Of a DNA stretch of 61,905 nt, positions 51,643 to 60,435 are shown one piece after another. Position 1 is the stretch's first letter. Each line of letters starts with the position of its first letter. The notes below the pieces were generated by a model. It searched no databases and was not told where the DNA came from. It saw only the letters and a program-made list of their open reading frames with translations. The stretch covers positions 1 to 61,905 of the forward strand of contig CALXTD010000006.1 of NCBI GenBank assembly GCA_944391315.1. The letters run 5' to 3'. The position numbers and the translations under genes were made by a program. The stretch is from an uncultured Alphaproteobacteria bacterium (lineage in GTDB: Bacteria > Pseudomonadota > Alphaproteobacteria > RF32 > CAG-239).

Positions 51643-51914
51643 TTATCCCCAGAAAAATTTTGCATTTATTCACAAAAACAAGGCTTTTCCACAGGGCGCG
51701 GTTTGCATTAAATATCAAAAGATGCTAATATGACTTTTGTGACTATCGGACTATGATTTTAATTTTGCAATTTTTTTCATAGAGGTACAATCAATGAATA
51801 TGTATAAAAAATTTCAGTCGCCGTTAGGATATCAGGCGACAGATAGTCAGATTGATAGTTATGGTGTTGATCACAGCTGCTTTTCTACACGTGATGAATT
51901 GGAATATCAATTTG
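51643..51914 (+). repeat. ~270-bp near-identical direct repeat, copy 1 (promoter region plus first 40 codons of the toxin-like gene); copy 2 is 53634-53904
   Basis: Aligned by eye from ttatccccagaaaa to gaatatcaatttg; weaker homology continues to about 52140 and 54125. Confidence 0.93.
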
Positions 51915-52414
51915 CAAGACAAAATAAGGAAAACCAACTCATTCAGAACTACAACAATCAAGGGATAACGAAAAACTACCCTCAATATGGTACTAATTTC
52001 TGGGGAAATCCTGATAATAACTACGGCTTCGGCTCTTCAAACATTCACGACAATATTGAGAATAGAGAGAGACAAACCGAACAGAGTTATGGTTTGGTGA
52101 ATGAGAGGCAGAATCAAACCTTGAGACAGCAAACAAATAACAATCATATATCTAATAAAAAAGGATTCATTGACAAATTTAATGAATTAGAATATATGAC
52201 AGATATTCCACATTCAATATCGACTGGCAATAAATTTATAGATAAAAATATTGCAAAATATGGAGCTAAAGCCCTTGGAGTATTAGCGAAAAGTCCTCAA
52301 GCAAAATTTGTTGTAAAAGCGGCAGAAAAAGCTTATCCTTATATTGAAACAGGTGGTGCTAACCTTGCACGAGCTGTTGCGGCATATAGGGATAGAAATA
52401 AATCTAAAGAGTAA
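51794..52414 (+). CDS. Putative polymorphic toxin 1 (shared N-terminus, unknown basic/helical C-terminus)
   Basis: RBS agaggt; N-terminus shared with 53784; N/Q-rich linker; unique C-terminal ~85 aa; followed by a small TM gene. Confidence 0.6.
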   Translation: MNMYKKFQSPLGYQATDSQIDSYGVDHSCFSTRDELEYQFARQNKENQLIQNYNNQGITKNYPQYGTNFWGNPDNNYGFGSSNIHDNIENRERQTEQSYGLVNERQNQTLRQQTNNNHISNKKGFIDKFNELEYMTDIPHSISTGNKFIDKNIAKYGAKALGVLAKSPQAKFVVKAAEKAYPYIETGGANLARAVAAYRDRNKSKE

Positions 52415-52462
52415 GCAATTATTTCTGTTAATTGTATAAATAAAAAGAAGGGAGATAAACTC

Positions 52463-52858
52463 ATGAAATTATGGTCAAAAGAAGCCTTGATATTAGGCGG
52501 AGTATATGGAGTTTTAACAACTCCCTTCACTTATTTTCACAATCAATATTTTGAACAAATTCATTTTGTTCTTTTGGGGTTATTTGTTATATTTATGTTT
52601 CTTAATTTTTTTAACAAAACACCTTCGTTTATTTATACATTCACGAAACAACATCCTATCTTATCTTATTATTTAATATCCATTGGATGGATTGCTTATT
52701 TTTTAATTTTTGGCATAATTATTATTCCTCTTTTTGCAAGCGTTTTTGAATGGAATGATACGGACATTAAAATTGTAGTAGATATATTTGATATTATTTG
52801 TACTTATGGAATTCCTGTTTCTTTGCTTTTTGCTTTTATAAAAGCTCGAAGAAAATAA
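52463..52858 (+). CDS. Four-TM protein, putative cognate immunity protein
   Basis: RBS ggag, very AT-rich, four hydrophobic segments, directly downstream of toxin 1. Confidence 0.6.
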   Translation: MKLWSKEALILGGVYGVLTTPFTYFHNQYFEQIHFVLLGLFVIFMFLNFFNKTPSFIYTFTKQHPILSYYLISIGWIAYFLIFGIIIIPLFASVFEWNDTDIKIVVDIFDIICTYGIPVSLLFAFIKARRK

Positions 52859-52902
52859 ATCTTTGCCCGAAAACATCTTTATTGAATTTTAAGAAAAATC
52901 AT

Positions 52903-53160
52903 TTATATTGAAAGTCAGGCGTGGGGAAAAAACTGCGTTTAGCACTGCGAGAGCGGTGCGGGACTTTGAACGGTCCTCATACATAGTTAGTCGCCCATAG
53001 TTTATATATGGGCGATATAGAAATCCCAACATGGTTGGGAAGCTTTTAGTGTATGTTCAAGGAGAGATTTCTCCCTCCCAAAGACTAAAAGAGTCATTTA
53101 ACTATGTATGATTGTTCAACTTCCCGACCGCTTTTGCAAAAAAAGTGGTCTTTTTTTTGT
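52903..53160 (+). ncRNA. Highly structured leader or antisense RNA (C4/CI-like) upstream of the HTH gene
   Basis: Multiple stems, a 13-bp long-range complementarity (52977-52989 with 53099-53111), ttgaac/gttcaa pairing, terminal terminator. Confidence 0.6.
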
Positions 53161-53184
53161 TTTTAATGTTCGGGGAGAAAAATC

Positions 53185-53625
53185 ATGGATATCAAACGCA
53201 TAAAATCTCGCGGCAAAATGGCCAACGGCGAACCTAATCCGATTGACGTTTACGTCGGTAAAAGAATGCGCCTGCGCCGGCAAATGCTTTGTCTATCTCA
53301 AGAAAAATTAGCCGCTGCGCTTGGCTTAACTTTTCAGCAAGTGCAAAAATACGAACGCGGCTTAAACCGCATGGGCGCCAACCGTTTGTGGGATATTGCC
53401 TCGGTTTTGAATGTTCCGATAAACTACTTCTTTGACGGTATGGACAGCCAAATCCGCCGCCAAAGTCCGAGCCAACTTTACGGCGCAGGCATCCCTTTTT
53501 CCGTTAATAAAAGTGACCCGCTGTTCAGCATGGAAAATATCGAGCTGGTTGCCGCCCTCTCTAAAATCAAAAACCCCAGCGCCCTACTTGCTCTCCGCGA
53601 CCTTATCTCCGCCCTTTCGGCTTAG
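53185..53625 (+). CDS. XRE-family HTH transcriptional regulator
   Basis: PNPIDVYVGKRMRLRR, SQEKLAAALGLTFQQVQKYERG.NR, YFFDG (typical alphaproteobacterial XRE). Confidence 0.9.
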   Translation: MDIKRIKSRGKMANGEPNPIDVYVGKRMRLRRQMLCLSQEKLAAALGLTFQQVQKYERGLNRMGANRLWDIASVLNVPINYFFDGMDSQIRRQSPSQLYGAGIPFSVNKSDPLFSMENIELVAALSKIKNPSALLALRDLISALSA

Positions 53626-53633
53626 TAAGCATT

Positions 53634-53904
53634 TTATCCCCAGAAAATTTTTGCATTTATTCACAAAAACAAGGCTTTTCCACAGGCTGTGGTTTGCGTT
53701 AAATATCAAAATATGCTAATATGATTTTTGTGACTATCGGACTATGATTTTAATTTTGCAATTTTTTCATAGAGGTACAACCAATGAATATGTATAAAAA
53801 ATTTCAGTCGCCGTTAGGATATCAGGCGACAGATAGTCTGATTGATAGTTATGGTGTTGATCACAGTGGCTTTTCTATACGCGATGAATTGGAATATCAA
53901 TTTG
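53634..53904 (+). repeat. Direct repeat copy 2 of 51643-51914
   Basis: Near-identical sequence offset by about 1990 bp. Confidence 0.93.
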
Positions 53905-54643
53905 ATGCCAGCGGGGGCTCCCCGCTCCGCAGTATGGCACAAACTTTTGGGGCAATTCTGATAATAACTATGGTTTCGGCTCTTCAAACATTCACGGCAA
54001 TATTGAGAATAGGAATAATAATCCATTTGAAAACACGGTGAATACCTTTGGGCTGAGCCAAGCTAAACAGAGTTATGGCTTGGGAAGTGATAGTCAAAAT
54101 CAAACCTTTGGGCAAGAAAACAATAATTCTACCCAATGGGGACTGAACAACACTCCTTTAGCGCAAAACAATAATGCTTATCTTGATTTTAATGGAAAGG
54201 AATTACGTTGGCATCAAAATAATGAGGTAACTAATTCTTGGAAAGCAATGTCGGGTAAACCTGATTATCAATGTAAAGAATATGACAGCGTAAAAGATAA
54301 AGGTCCATTGCCTGAGGGAAAATGGTTGGTAAGACAATCTCAACATCAGAACTTTTATAAAGACCAAAGTAAAATAGGACAATTAAAAAGTGAATATGGT
54401 TTTGGAATCATGGGAGGATGGCCTGGAGGAAAAGATTCTTGGGGTAATAACCGCATTTGGTTGGAGCCCGCTCAAGGAACAGATAATAAAGATAGAACTA
54501 ATCTTTCAATCCACGGAGGTAAAGAATATGGCTCTAAAGGGTGTATTGATTTAACAGATAGGATGGATGAATTTACCGATAAATTTAAGAAATATGGACA
54601 TGATATGATTCTTAATGTAAAATATGATAAAGACTGTTGGTGA
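53784..54643 (+). pseudogene. Putative polymorphic toxin 2 with Tlde1/DUF2778-like C-terminus, frameshifted at about 53905-53926
   Basis: The shared N-terminus starts at 53784. Homology (PQYGTNFWG...) resumes at 53927 in the frame of ORF 54038..54643, which carries MSGK, GPLPEGKW and IHGG...GSKGCID. Confidence 0.75.
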
Positions 54644-54706
54644 TTTTTATTGTATTTAAGATAAACGCTGAATATACTTTGAATAAATTTAACCGAAGGT
54701 GCAATT

Positions 54707-55027
54707 ATGAAAAAAATCAAACTTATACCGTTTTATCTATTGTCAGGATTATATGCCTTTGCGGTTTTTATCATTGCAGTAACATATCCAGATGATATGA
54801 CAAGTGACAGCATGCCATGGAATGCAGAGGCATTAGGTTGGGCATATGAAAATAGGTTTAACTATACCATAATGACATTAACATTATTACTCATAATAAT
54901 TGCACCTACGGTTTATGCTTGGAAGAAGCGTAAAACAAATCTCAAAAAATCCTATATAATTCTATCCATTCCGGCTCTTGTTTATTTGGCGAGATATATC
55001 TATTTTACTAATTTTTATAATATATAA
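54707..55027 (+). CDS. Small three-TM protein, putative immunity to toxin 2
   Basis: Hydrophobic segments with an acidic/aromatic loop; immediately downstream of the toxin. Confidence 0.6.
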   Translation: MKKIKLIPFYLLSGLYAFAVFIIAVTYPDDMTSDSMPWNAEALGWAYENRFNYTIMTLTLLLIIIAPTVYAWKKRKTNLKKSYIILSIPALVYLARYIYFTNFYNI

Positions 55028-55076
55028 ATCCAGCTATCGTGATGACCTCACATAACTTGCGATTAGGAGGAGTTTT

Positions 55077-55370
55077 ATGCAGCTTTAGGCTAACAGCATT
55101 ATCAATATGAAAAAAAAGCCTCCTTTATTGATGTCTTTTTTGTATTGGCATGGTGTTTTGAAAAACTGTTAATGTTTAGCTTATCTACAATTTTTAATTT
55201 ATTTTTTTCAATGGAGTACTTACGAGATTACATTTTTGGGAATGTATGATTATAGGATATGTGTTTTACAGCTTTTTTTCTCTTACTGAAATTCCTTATT
55301 TTGATATTATAGGGTGGTTTTGCTATTTTCATATCGCCTTGAGCTGTTATCAAAATAGATTTTTATTATC
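55077..55370 (+). pseudogene. Possible decayed small membrane-protein gene (orphan immunity?)
   Basis: Strong RBS aggagg, ATG at 55077 with an early stop, then T-rich hydrophobic-coding fragments. Confidence 0.3.
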
Positions 55371-55425
55371 ATAAATATACGCTGCCCAACTTCTTAAACA
55401 TCTTTATTTAATTTTAAGAAAAATC

Positions 55426-55478
55426 ATGGATATCAAACGCATAAAATCTCGCGGCAGAATGGCCAACGGTGAACCTAA
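55426..55478 (+). pseudogene. Truncated copy of the first 17 codons of the XRE HTH gene
   Basis: atggatatcaaacgcataaaatctcgcggc.gaatggccaacgg.gaacctaa matches 53185-53237, then stops at a terminator hairpin. Confidence 0.85.
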
Positions 55479-55520
55479 AAAGAGCAGCCTTATGGGCTGC
55501 TCTGTATTTTTGGTATTTGC

Positions 55521-55952
55521 TCAGACAATCGGGCGAGCCTTTACATAATAGTCAGCCCTATTGCCATAAGAAAGGCCAATTTCTTCATTAAAAAAACTTA
55601 TCCATGCATAATCTGCCAAATAAGAATCAGCTGTCCAAATCCGCCCTTTGAGCGGGGTGCCACCAAGTGCCTCAATAAAAGTATTTAATTCTGCGATTTT
55701 TGCTTTTCCTTGGCGAATGAGCTGTTCCCAAAAGCTTTTATCGCCGCAGGTGCAAGTCTTTTTTCCGACCTTTATACCTTGGCAATATTTTTGCGCTTCG
55801 TCAAACAAAATATCCGGTGATGATTGCAGGCTGATGCCTCTGTTGCAAAACATTACACCCCAAATCGTTTTTCCCTCTTGGGGGTGATTTGATCTTGTTC
55901 CATCCGTATAAATAACCTCAAATGGATAAATTGATAAATTTTCTTGTCCCAT
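55521..55952 (-). CDS. Hypothetical protein, CLec/DUF1566-like; paralogue of 42577..43110
   Basis: Shared motifs with 42577; C-terminus WTADSYLADYAWISFF...YYVKARPIV. Confidence 0.6.
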   Translation of the reverse strand: MGQENLSIYPFEVIYTDGTRSNHPQEGKTIWGVMFCNRGISLQSSPDILFDEAQKYCQGIKVGKKTCTCGDKSFWEQLIRQGKAKIAELNTFIEALGGTPLKGRIWTADSYLADYAWISFFNEEIGLSYGNRADYYVKARPIV

Positions 55953-56024
55953 AATTATAAAATTTAGATTAATAATAAAAAATGTTTTTTCTTTTTAATT
56001 GATTTTTGCTAATTGTCAAGGGCT

Positions 56025-56585
56025 TCACAGCATCAACAAAAGAGCGATTAACAAAACGCCATAAAGAATTACACCAGAAACATACATAAAGGCTATTCTA
56101 AAATCTGCCCTTGATGGAATCGCGTTTTCGATAATGATTGTTTGCAGCAGCACATAACCGATATACCACCATATCGTATGCGGGATATAGGGCAAGACAT
56201 AGCGGTTTATATAAAAAGACAAAGGCAATAATATTAGTGGTGCCAGCGCTGCAGGAACCGCGTTATAAAAGGTTATATTGCGAAAGCCGACACTGCCCAT
56301 AACATAGCCGCCAACAGGATCTTTTTTGGGAAATAATGTGAAATTTACCGGATGTGCATTCAAAAACAAACCAACCAGAAAATGCATCAGCTCATGCAAG
56401 ATTGTTCCGGGGATATTTACCAAAGCGCAGACAAACATGCTGCTGTAAGTTGCGTATTTTATTCTCATCAGCATAACAACCGCCAGTATGGTATAAAAGC
56501 GGTTGTTAAAAATGCTCTCGACGACTTCAGGGCTGTTTATATAGCGAAAAAAATTATCAATCGCCCTTATGGTTACGTCAATCAT
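56025..56585 (-). CDS. Membrane protein with HExxH motif (putative zinc metalloprotease)
   Basis: PGTILHELMH, hydrophobic segments, PS..D near the C-terminus. Confidence 0.6.
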   Translation of the reverse strand: MIDVTIRAIDNFFRYINSPEVVESIFNNRFYTILAVVMLMRIKYATYSSMFVCALVNIPGTILHELMHFLVGLFLNAHPVNFTLFPKKDPVGGYVMGSVGFRNITFYNAVPAALAPLILLPLSFYINRYVLPYIPHTIWWYIGYVLLQTIIIENAIPSRADFRIAFMYVSGVILYGVLLIALLLML

Positions 56586-56586
56586 A

Positions 56587-57180
56587 TTACCCCCGCTTTA
56601 AAACTGCTAATCCGGCCAAATAAGTGTTTAATAACAATTTGCAGAGGTTTTTCTTATTAACCATACGGAAGTCATTAATTATCGATGTGGTTAAGAATGA
56701 ACTCATGGCAAACAAGCTGAGCCACAATACTTGTCTTGCGACTTTTTTCTTGCGGGCGTTCAAATGGGTATAAACCGCATCAAATGAAGGCTGCCACAAC
56801 TGCATCATGCGAATAATCATGGCGCGGTAGCCTTGCGGCTGCTTGCTGGCATTTAGGTGATAATTATACAGCAAAAACCAAAGATTTGAATTTTGCAGCA
56901 CAAAACTGACAAAGATATCAAGATAAGTGTTCAAATTTTTATAAGCGCTTCTGTCCGGCTTGACCTGAGCCATTTTATCATACAATCTTTTTAAGGTTTG
57001 GAGGTTTATGGCTGCGACCAAATTATCCATGTTTGAAAACTGATTATATATCGTTCCGACCGAACAACCTGAGGCCTCAGACAATTTTCTGGCGGTCAGA
57101 TATTCCATCCCTTTGCTTTCGACAATCTCTCGGCCAACGCTTATCAGATATGTGCGGATATTTTCTTTGCTCTCTGTCAT
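56587..57180 (-). CDS. TetR-family regulator
   Basis: LTARKLSEASGCSVGTIYNQF HTH. Confidence 0.85.
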   Translation of the reverse strand: MTESKENIRTYLISVGREIVESKGMEYLTARKLSEASGCSVGTIYNQFSNMDNLVAAINLQTLKRLYDKMAQVKPDRSAYKNLNTYLDIFVSFVLQNSNLWFLLYNYHLNASKQPQGYRAMIIRMMQLWQPSFDAVYTHLNARKKKVARQVLWLSLFAMSSFLTTSIINDFRMVNKKNLCKLLLNTYLAGLAVLKRG

Positions 57181-57277
57181 CTTTGCTTAATAAATTGTTT
57201 GTAATTAGTTTTTATAATACTACATATATATCAATTATCATCCGTGTTCAATTTTTTTATTAAAGGATTTGGATAAA

Positions 57278-58108
57278 ATGCGCAATAAGTTATTTCTGGG
57301 GGCGGCCCTTTCCGTTATTATCTCAGCTACTGCAGCAATGGCTCAGGAAGCTTCTTCTGATTTTTATCAAAATATTTTGTTTTCTGAAGAATATGAACAG
57401 AAACAACAAGAAAATCAGGCTAAAGACAGTGCCGCAGCGCTTTTGGAAAAAAATGTGGCACCGGCTCCTTTACCCACAACCGAGGCAGAGGTTGCTGCTC
57501 CGCAGACGCTGTCTCAGGCTCTAGACAATCTGAAAAATACTTATGGTTCAGCACCGCTTGGTTTAGTTTGGGGTGCAAGCATGTCTGATGTTGAAAAATC
57601 CGGCGTGCGCCTTATTCCTCAGCCGATGAAAGATTATACAAACTCGTTCCTTGCTGAGAGATTGCCGAATCCGCTTAAAGACTTTTCTACTGCTTATCTC
57701 ATCTTCGGAGATTCCGACAAGCTTTATCGTGTTTTGGCGCGCAGTGATAAAATTTCCGACGATACGCCTAATGCGGCCAAGACCTTGAAGCTTTATCAAT
57801 ATTATTACAACTTGCTCTCCAAGAAATATGGTAATGCTCAGCAGAACTACAGCTTGGCAACCACCAATGTTGATGAGAATCCAACTCAGGCAAACTCTGC
57901 CGCGGCACAATCTCCGGAAGATAATCCCAACCTTTTGGCAAATTTAATCAGCGGAGCGGCGGTTCTATATGCAACTTTTGGCGGCGAAGATGTCGGTGTG
58001 GCTTTGGCTGTTAATGTTGACGGCGATAATCAAACTTATATCGAAATTGATTATCGAAATTTAAAGATTATTAAGGAAAATGAGCTAAACATATTAGAAG
58101 CTTTATAA
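57278..58108 (+). CDS. Exported hypothetical protein
   Basis: Signal peptide ending AMA, AP.GL.WG motif. Confidence 0.65.
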   Translation: MRNKLFLGAALSVIISATAAMAQEASSDFYQNILFSEEYEQKQQENQAKDSAAALLEKNVAPAPLPTTEAEVAAPQTLSQALDNLKNTYGSAPLGLVWGASMSDVEKSGVRLIPQPMKDYTNSFLAERLPNPLKDFSTAYLIFGDSDKLYRVLARSDKISDDTPNAAKTLKLYQYYYNLLSKKYGNAQQNYSLATTNVDENPTQANSAAAQSPEDNPNLLANLISGAAVLYATFGGEDVGVALAVNVDGDNQTYIEIDYRNLKIIKENELNILEAL

Positions 58109-58132
58109 TGTTTTTTAAGGACTTAATGGGAT

Positions 58133-59521
58133 ATGAAAAAAGTTGCTTTTTGCGCCGTTTCGGGTAACGGCATGAGCCCTTTGGCTCAGATTTTTGTGAA
58201 AAAAGGTTATCAGGTATTTGGTTCTGACCAAAGTTTTGATGCCGGAAGAGACCATGCTAATCGTGAGGCTCTGGTAGCTGCCGGTATTAAGCTGGTTCCA
58301 CAAGATGGTAGCGGAATTTCTGACGACTTGGAATTTTTGTGCGTATCCTCTGCCATATCTGATGACAATCCCGACGTGATTGCCGCAAAGCAAAAGAACA
58401 TCCCTATTCTTAAACGTTCAGAGCTCTTAGCTAAGCTCTTTCATGAATATAATTATAATATTGCTGTCGGCGGAACGGCCGGAAAAACCACAACAACCGC
58501 AATGATTGGCTTTATCCTCGATAAGCTCGGGAAAAAGCCGTGCATGATTAACGGCGGTATGCTGCGCGATTATGAATCAAACATCGGGCTGCCAAACTAT
58601 ATTTATAACAACAATGATATTTGTGTGGTTGAGGCTGATGAAAGTGATGGTTCCATCCGTTCTTATCATCCTTATATTGCCTTGGTAAATAATATCTCTC
58701 ATGACCATGTGGATATTCCGACTTTGGTTGAGTATTTTAGCGAGTTTGCTTCTCATGCTCGTCATGCATTGGTGGTTAATGCCGATTGTCCGCTTGCCTC
58801 AAAGCTCAATCATGCAAACAAAATCACTTTCTCGATTTTATCTTCCGATGCGGATTTATATGCCTCAGACATCAAAGCAATAGATAACGGGGTTTCTTAT
58901 AAGCTTAACGGCAAAAAATATTTTCTCAATCTTATCGGCAAGTTTAATGTTTCCAACGCCTTGGCCGCCATTGCTTGCTGCAAAGTTCTTGGCATTAGCC
59001 CTGACGAAGCGGCAACAGCTTTGCAAGGTTTTCATGGAATTAAACGCCGTCTTGAAGTCGTCGGAACCAATAACCGCAATATTACTCTGATTGATGACTT
59101 TGCTCACAATGCCAGCAAAATTGAGGCCTCACTCAAGGCGCTTAAAGAATATTCCGGTCGCCTCATCGTTATGTATCAATCGCACAAGCCTTTTTCGGCA
59201 CGCACGACCGGTGAAGAAGACGGCGTGGTCTTTGGACAAGTGCTGGATAAAAACGATATTTTGCTGATGCCGGAAATTTATATGCGCGACCCAATTAAAG
59301 ATGCGGATATATCCGGTGCAGACTTGGTTCGTTTTGCTCAGAACAATGGTGTAAACGCCCTCTTCCTTGAGACTAAAGACAAGGTTCGTGACTATATTTT
59401 GCAAAACGCTCAAAACGGTGACCGAATCGTCATCATGGGTGCAAGGGACAACTCTCTTCCGGATTTCAGCCGCCAGCTTTTGCAAGACTTGACTGACAAG
59501 CCTGAAGCCGTTAATTCTTAA
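58133..59521 (+). CDS. MurC/Mpl-family Mur ligase
   Basis: SGNGMSPLA, GSD, GTAGKTTT, EADESD, GIKRRLE, DDFAHN. Its position next to an LD-carboxypeptidase suggests a recycling role. Confidence 0.82.
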   Translation: MKKVAFCAVSGNGMSPLAQIFVKKGYQVFGSDQSFDAGRDHANREALVAAGIKLVPQDGSGISDDLEFLCVSSAISDDNPDVIAAKQKNIPILKRSELLAKLFHEYNYNIAVGGTAGKTTTTAMIGFILDKLGKKPCMINGGMLRDYESNIGLPNYIYNNNDICVVEADESDGSIRSYHPYIALVNNISHDHVDIPTLVEYFSEFASHARHALVVNADCPLASKLNHANKITFSILSSDADLYASDIKAIDNGVSYKLNGKKYFLNLIGKFNVSNALAAIACCKVLGISPDEAATALQGFHGIKRRLEVVGTNNRNITLIDDFAHNASKIEASLKALKEYSGRLIVMYQSHKPFSARTTGEEDGVVFGQVLDKNDILLMPEIYMRDPIKDADISGADLVRFAQNNGVNALFLETKDKVRDYILQNAQNGDRIVIMGARDNSLPDFSRQLLQDLTDKPEAVNS

Positions 59522-59541
59522 GCTTGTTTCGGAGGTGCGTT

Positions 59542-60435
59542 ATGTATTATCCCTTAACCCCAGGTGATAAAATCGGACTGGTTTCACCCTCTCGAAACGT
59601 AACCGAGCAAGAGATTGCCAAAGGTGTGGAATATCTGCGGTCACTCGGCTTGATTCCGGTTATGGGAAAAAATGCATTTAACGCCTTTCGCTATATGGGC
59701 GGAACAGCCGAAGAACGCGCCAAAGATATTATGGGCTTTTTTCTTGCCCCTGAGATTAAGGCTATTTTTGCCACGTCCGGCGGTGACGGAAGCCAATATA
59801 TTTTGCCGCTTTTGGATTTTGGCCTCATTAAAAAAAATCCCAAACCCCTGTTTGGTTTTAGTGACACAACGGCTTTGCAAAACGCTTTGGTGGAAAAATG
59901 CGGTCTTATTTGCCCAAGCGGTCTCACTCTCAATTATGATTTTCGGAGCGAATGTCTTAACAAAACGCTTGATGCAAGCGTCAAAAACATGATTTTTGGT
60001 GACGAGTTTTGTTATTGCGCAGGCAAGCCGGTTATTGTCGGTGAGGCAAAAGGCAAGCTTATCGGCGGATGTTTAAGCCTGTTTCGCAATCTGTGCGGAA
60101 CGCCTTATTTTCCATCTCTCAAAGGAGCGATTTTGTTGGTGGAAGATGTGGAAGAGCCGACCTATAAAATTGATTTGATGCTTCAACAAATTTCTCAATG
60201 CAAAGATTTTGATAAGCTTAGCGGTCTTATCTTCGGGCGCTGCTTGGACTGCCCCATTCGCCGCGAAGGTGATGGCTCGATTGATGAGGTTATCTCCTAT
60301 TTTAGTGAAAAGCTTTCTATCCCCGTCATCAAAGACTTTCCTTACGGGCATGAGTTTGAGCGCGTTATGCTGCCCTTAGGGGCTGAGGTTAAACTCCTTA
60401 GCTCAGCCAACGGTTGTCAAGTTGCTTCCATATAA
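59542..60435 (+). CDS. S66-family LD-carboxypeptidase (LdcA-like)
   Basis: VSPS, GFSDTT, GGCLS, LLVEDVEE, YGH (Ser-Glu-His triad). Confidence 0.88.
   Translation: MYYPLTPGDKIGLVSPSRNVTEQEIAKGVEYLRSLGLIPVMGKNAFNAFRYMGGTAEERAKDIMGFFLAPEIKAIFATSGGDGSQYILPLLDFGLIKKNPKPLFGFSDTTALQNALVEKCGLICPSGLTLNYDFRSECLNKTLDASVKNMIFGDEFCYCAGKPVIVGEAKGKLIGGCLSLFRNLCGTPYFPSLKGAILLVEDVEEPTYKIDLMLQQISQCKDFDKLSGLIFGRCLDCPIRREGDGSIDEVISYFSEKLSIPVIKDFPYGHEFERVMLPLGAEVKLLSSANGCQVASI

Noticed and set aside
53907-53916. gccagcgggg resembles part of a type I-E CRISPR repeat
   Set aside because: Only about 10 bp, single copy, no cas context; compatible with chance.
51590-55480. Intact prophage or IS
   Set aside because: No integrase, transposase, replication or structural genes are present; only regulatory parts are phage-like.
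55521-55952. Diversity-generating retroelement
   Set aside because: No reverse transcriptase and no template repeat seen; the paralogue at 42577 is far too divergent to be a TR/VR pair.
58133-60435. Mur ligase and LD-carboxypeptidase as part of the Tlde1-like toxin locus
   Set aside because: They are separated by unrelated genes and form an ordinary peptidoglycan-recycling pair; there is no evidence of linkage.
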